A stretch of DNA of 64,000 nt. Source: Flectonema sp. DT1601. Taxonomy: Eukaryota. A program made the position numbers and the translations under genes. The stretch is from positions 310,001 to 374,000 of the forward strand of contig OZ025786.1 of assembly GCA_964019425.1 (NCBI GenBank). The letters run 5' to 3'. Shown here piece by piece: positions 60,228-64,000 of the stretch. Below the pieces are notes generated by a model, which saw only the letters and a program-made list of their open reading frames with translations, was not told the origin of the DNA and did not search any database. The stretch's first letter is position 1, and each line of letters starts with the position of its first letter.

Positions 60228-61574
60228 ATGGCTAGTTCTCGAAGCCCATGTTGCAGTGTTGCTGTTGCTGCTTTATCAAGAATTTCAGAACCACCTTCCT
60301 CAGATGAATTTCCAAGACTATCAAGCCATCCAGTTCTAAAGAAATGCCGTGAGATTAATCATCTTGGCCTCTACTATGTTATTGAGGTGCTAAAATTGGG
60401 ATCAAATTTGAACCCGAGGAGGAATGTCTTTCTGGGAGTCACATCCTCTCATCTAGTGATGGTAACAATGATGGGTGTTTTAAGTAGAGCATTGAAACTT
60501 GATGAAATTAATAAAATAATTATCGATCAAAGGGACAGCTATGATCAAATTCTTATAGTTCCGGCACAGGTATCAGGTGATAGAGCTTGGGGAGTTCAAC
60601 TTGTGACATGTGGTAACGCAGGTACCAGACTTTTATCTGCGATTAACCACGTAAGGAAACCACTGACGGAAGGAACGTCGCTTTCATTTTTGTGGAGGAG
60701 GATAAAAAATTCTGAACAAATGAGTATGAAGAAGATTAGGTCGCAACAAAAAACAATTCAACATCGAATTCGTGAGCTTAGGTTGTACGGACCAGAACAC
60801 GTGACACACTATGAGAAATTAGCTATGGACTACGCGAGTGCTCTACGAGCTGATCTTCAAGACGTTGAAGAAACAAACATTATGGCAACTGAACTATCAG
60901 CCCGTCGATTAGAATCACAAATCGTTTCCGTCATAATAGCCTCTGTGCCTGCAGCATTAGAGAGTTTCTTCATGGCTCACGTTGCGACCTTGAGTGCTGA
61001 AGTACAGCGGATGAAGACACAAGACGATTTGATAGTTCAAGAAATTGAGAAAATAAAACACGTCCACGACTCTGTAAGGAAGCAACACAGTGTTTCTGTA
61101 GCAGTTTTGTCATCACAAATGCCAACCTTTACCCGACCTAAAACGAGACCTTATCAGAATAAGTGCAGGGAATGCCATATCGACCCATGGAAACCACCTG
61201 ATCTGGAGCCTAGTTTTGCAGAGGAAGAAGAAGTTGTCAAACCAACTTTTGATCGTTCATTTTTGAAAAAAAAAGATACAACTCAGGAAGCTGGTGTGCG
61301 AAAGCATTTTATTCCCACAGAATTAAATACGTCATTCACTCTCACCTCCTCATTATGGAACACTCCTTGTGATACCGAAACAGCTGTTGTTGTAGCGCAA
61401 AACCTGTCTCATTCTGGAATTCAAATTCAGTCATTTGCCTGGTGTCTTGGTGGATCTCTTGCTATTCTACTGCATCCAACCTCTCCACTTCCGAATGCAA
61501 TTTCAGCAGCTCAGACTCTTGGGTATAAATGTTTTACTTTAGACGGCTTTGAATTAGATATCCAAAGCCTGTAG
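60228..61574 (+). CDS. Hypothetical protein with a possible PH-like (myosin TH1-like) N-terminal domain and a coiled coil
   Basis: 448 aa ORF. VLKLGSNLNPRRNVFLGVTSSHLVMV...LSRALKLDEINKIII has a PH-fold-like strand pattern; the domain call is tentative. Confidence 0.75.
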   Translation: MASSRSPCCSVAVAALSRISEPPSSDEFPRLSSHPVLKKCREINHLGLYYVIEVLKLGSNLNPRRNVFLGVTSSHLVMVTMMGVLSRALKLDEINKIIIDQRDSYDQILIVPAQVSGDRAWGVQLVTCGNAGTRLLSAINHVRKPLTEGTSLSFLWRRIKNSEQMSMKKIRSQQKTIQHRIRELRLYGPEHVTHYEKLAMDYASALRADLQDVEETNIMATELSARRLESQIVSVIIASVPAALESFFMAHVATLSAEVQRMKTQDDLIVQEIEKIKHVHDSVRKQHSVSVAVLSSQMPTFTRPKTRPYQNKCRECHIDPWKPPDLEPSFAEEEEVVKPTFDRSFLKKKDTTQEAGVRKHFIPTELNTSFTLTSSLWNTPCDTETAVVVAQNLSHSGIQIQSFAWCLGGSLAILLHPTSPLPNAISAAQTLGYKCFTLDGFELDIQSL

Positions 61575-61723
61575 TGATACGCTAACCTACTTTTTAGTTG
61601 AGGATTTTATTTAGATTTGTTGCGTTGCTTTTGATGTTAAAGAAAAATGTGTGGCCCCCACTAACATAAATATAACATATCCCAAACAGCTATATATATA
61701 AAAAAAAAAAAAGCAACTATAAT

Positions 61724-62371
61724 ATGCCGAGAGACAGGGATGCTAATCAAGGGAGGGACCGAAGAAGAAATGATGTAAATGAAAAAGAAAATCGAGACAG
61801 AGATGAAAAAACAAGAAGCGAACGAGATGCTGAGAAATGGGGAAAGCGAGTAGCGCAAAGGGAAGAATCAAGTAGTGATTCAGAGTCAGAAGTTGATAAG
61901 GAGAGAGCTAATTTTAAAACAACGGGTCTACTAGCCGAAGACGAAGGAGAAACTTACAAAGGAAGAAAGATAAAATGGAACGTTCCCGACGACATGAAAG
62001 AACCAAAGCGAAGATGGACTATGCTAACGTTTAAGAATGGAGCACCAATGGAAGGTAGCGATTCCCTTTTAGAACTTGACAGGTCTCCTGCGTACATGTT
62101 TGGAAGAGACTCTGCTATTGTTGATATTCCTGTTCATCATCCAAGTATTAGTATGCAGCATGCTGTTATTGTTTTTAGACTAACCCGAACAGATGATGAA
62201 AATCGTCCGACCTCAAAACCTTATATCATCGACCTCGACTCTACTAACGGTACTTTCATAAATGGAAAACAACTAACCGGTAATCGCTATCAGCTTCTAC
62301 ATACAAAAGATAGTATTAAATTGGGACAATCGACGAGAGAATATATGCTTATAGATTCCACAGGTGTATGA
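61724..62371 (+). CDS. SNIP1: FHA-domain splicing factor, SNIP1/Pml1/DAWDLE homolog
   Basis: R/D/E-rich N-terminus; ANFKTTGLLAED; YMFGRD...HPSISMQHAVIVFR...KPYIIDLDSTNGTFING...GQSTREY. Confidence 0.92.
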   Translation: MPRDRDANQGRDRRRNDVNEKENRDRDEKTRSERDAEKWGKRVAQREESSSDSESEVDKERANFKTTGLLAEDEGETYKGRKIKWNVPDDMKEPKRRWTMLTFKNGAPMEGSDSLLELDRSPAYMFGRDSAIVDIPVHHPSISMQHAVIVFRLTRTDDENRPTSKPYIIDLDSTNGTFINGKQLTGNRYQLLHTKDSIKLGQSTREYMLIDSTGV

Positions 62372-62510
62372 CGAGTTTTTTCTTGTTTTCTTAATTCGAC
62401 TGCTTGGCCGACCAACATAACTGTTGGTATTGCCGTCTTCTGTTGTCTTGTTGTTAGAATTACGTGATTTTGTTCTCATCAGGAAAAAAAAAAAAAAAAA
62501 AAACTCCAAA

Positions 62511-64000
62511 ATGGGAAACTCTATTTCCACAATGAGCCCTCCAAAGGCGGTGACCAGAGTTGTCAGCGTTTATATTTTATTTTTGGTATACAAATGGTCG
62601 AAGAGAGCTGCAACTAGAAACATGTTGCAAGAAAGAGCAACAAAGAAGAGAGGGGAGAGAGATGCGAAGAGAAAGAACGAATTTGGGGAGTTGAACTTTG
62701 CAAAGTGCGCTGATAATTTGAAAATTATTAATATGACTGCCGGAGAGCTACTTGAAGCGATGAACAAGAGCGAGCTTTCATCAGAACAGATTGTTACCGC
62801 TATTTGCGCTCGTGCAAAGCAAGCTGGTGAAGAATTGGACCTCTGCGCTGAAGAAAACTACACAAACGCCATCAAAGAGGCTCGTCTATGCGACGAAGAA
62901 CGCAAAGCTGGTAAGCTCAGAGGTCTTCTACACGGTCTTCCTATTTCTATAAAAGATCAAATCCACTTAAAGGGATTTGACAGCACTTGCGGACTAGCAT
63001 GCAGAGTTGGAAAACCTCTCACATACACATCATGTTTAATTCAATTGTTATTAAATGAAGGAGCTATTCCTTACGTCAGATCAAATATCCCACAGTCTTT
63101 AATGTTACCAGAATCATTTAATGCTATTTGGGGTGTTGCTAAGAACCCATACGACAAGACAAGAACTCCTGGAGGAAGTAGTGGAGGAGAAGGTGGTTTA
63201 GTAGCTTGTGGAGCATCTCCGTTAGGTATCGGAACTGATATCGGAGGTTCAATTAGAATTCCTGCAGCTTTCTGTGGTGTTTGTGGATTCAAACCAACAC
63301 CTCAAAGAGTATCAGGACATGGTTGTGGTGTACCTCGTCCTGGTGATTCAACTGGTCAGAATGGAATTCCTTCTGTCGCTGGTCCACTTGCCAGATCAGT
63401 GTCTGACTTAGAACTTGTTATGCAGATCTGGTGTGGCGCTACTAACGACTCTCCTTCGATGAGTGATTTCGATACAACAGTTCCGAGATCTCCTTGGATC
63501 CCTCACACTGAAAAGATGAAATTTGGATATTTCATCAATGACGGTTTCTTCCCACCCAGCCCTTGCTACGAACGTGCCGTAGAAGCGACTGTAGCTGCGG
63601 TAAGAGCTGCTGGTTATGAAGTTGTTCCTATTAAGTTTGACTTAAGCGAGGAAGCTTTTAGCTATATTAAGTTAAGTGCTGCTGAGGGAAACATGCGAGG
63701 ATTTATTGACGGATTAGAAGGTGAAAAGCTCCACGAGTACTACAGTTTCTTGTACAACGTATCAAACATGCCAACTATGGTGCGTAATGCTGTAGTTTCT
63801 ATTCAAAAGATTATGGGAAAGAACAGAATGTCTTCTCTTGTCAACTGTGGTAGAAAACTAGACACTTACCAGTACTGGGCAGCTATTAATGTCAGAAACA
63901 AACAGAAGAATGCTTTCACTGAGTACATGCAACAGAATGGTATCTCTGCTGTATTATCTCCAGGGATGGGGATGTCGGCATTTAAACACGGAGGGTCAAC
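62511..64000 (+). CDS. Amidase-signature enzyme (FAAH-like), 3'-truncated by the window end
   Basis: Translated by hand from ATG 62511: MGNSIST..., a hydrophobic segment, LHGLPISIKDQ (catalytic Lys), then NPYDKTRTPGGSSGGEGG...GIGTDIGGSIRIPAAFCGVCGFKPT. Absent from the ORF track because it is open at the edge. Confidence 0.93.
   Translation, partial: MGNSISTMSPPKAVTRVVSVYILFLVYKWSKRAATRNMLQERATKKRGERDAKRKNEFGELNFAKCADNLKIINMTAGELLEAMNKSELSSEQIVTAICARAKQAGEELDLCAEENYTNAIKEARLCDEERKAGKLRGLLHGLPISIKDQIHLKGFDSTCGLACRVGKPLTYTSCLIQLLLNEGAIPYVRSNIPQSLMLPESFNAIWGVAKNPYDKTRTPGGSSGGEGGLVACGASPLGIGTDIGGSIRIPAAFCGVCGFKPTPQRVSGHGCGVPRPGDSTGQNGIPSVAGPLARSVSDLELVMQIWCGATNDSPSMSDFDTTVPRSPWIPHTEKMKFGYFINDGFFPPSPCYERAVEATVAAVRAAGYEVVPIKFDLSEEAFSYIKLSAAEGNMRGFIDGLEGEKLHEYYSFLYNVSNMPTMVRNAVVSIQKIMGKNRMSSLVNCGRKLDTYQYWAAINVRNKQKNAFTEYMQQNGISAVLSPGMGMSAFKHGGS

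Overview
AT-rich eukaryotic nuclear DNA with long poly(A)/poly(T) tracts. Every credible protein gene is on the + strand. Short GT-AG cis-introns are present, and several ATGs have a pyrimidine tract plus AG just upstream, like spliced-leader acceptors. This fits a euglenozoan, most plausibly a diplonemid-like protist; that is an inference, not proven. The left part encodes a WW+OTU deubiquitinase, a coiled-coil protein, TMEM230, a two-RRM protein, a helical unknown protein, a duplicated zinc-ribbon/CCCH protein, a small membrane protein, a double-vWA membrane protein and a docking-domain/zeta-like kinase/glutaredoxin fusion. Two long non-coding gaps carry at least two dispersed repeat families, one with Helentron/Helitron2-like architecture. 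The dominant feature (about 36.4-57.1 kb) is a tandem array of ten near-identical two-exon genes, plus one diverged paralog and relics. Each encodes a mitochondrial-presequence-like N-terminus, a histone-H1-like Lys/Ala repeat region of variable length and two HMG-box-like units. These are candidate amplified mitochondrial DNA-packaging (KAP-like) proteins. The right end encodes an F-box protein, an acidic disordered protein, an unknown protein, a SNIP1/Pml1 FHA protein and an FAAH-like amidase that runs off the window.
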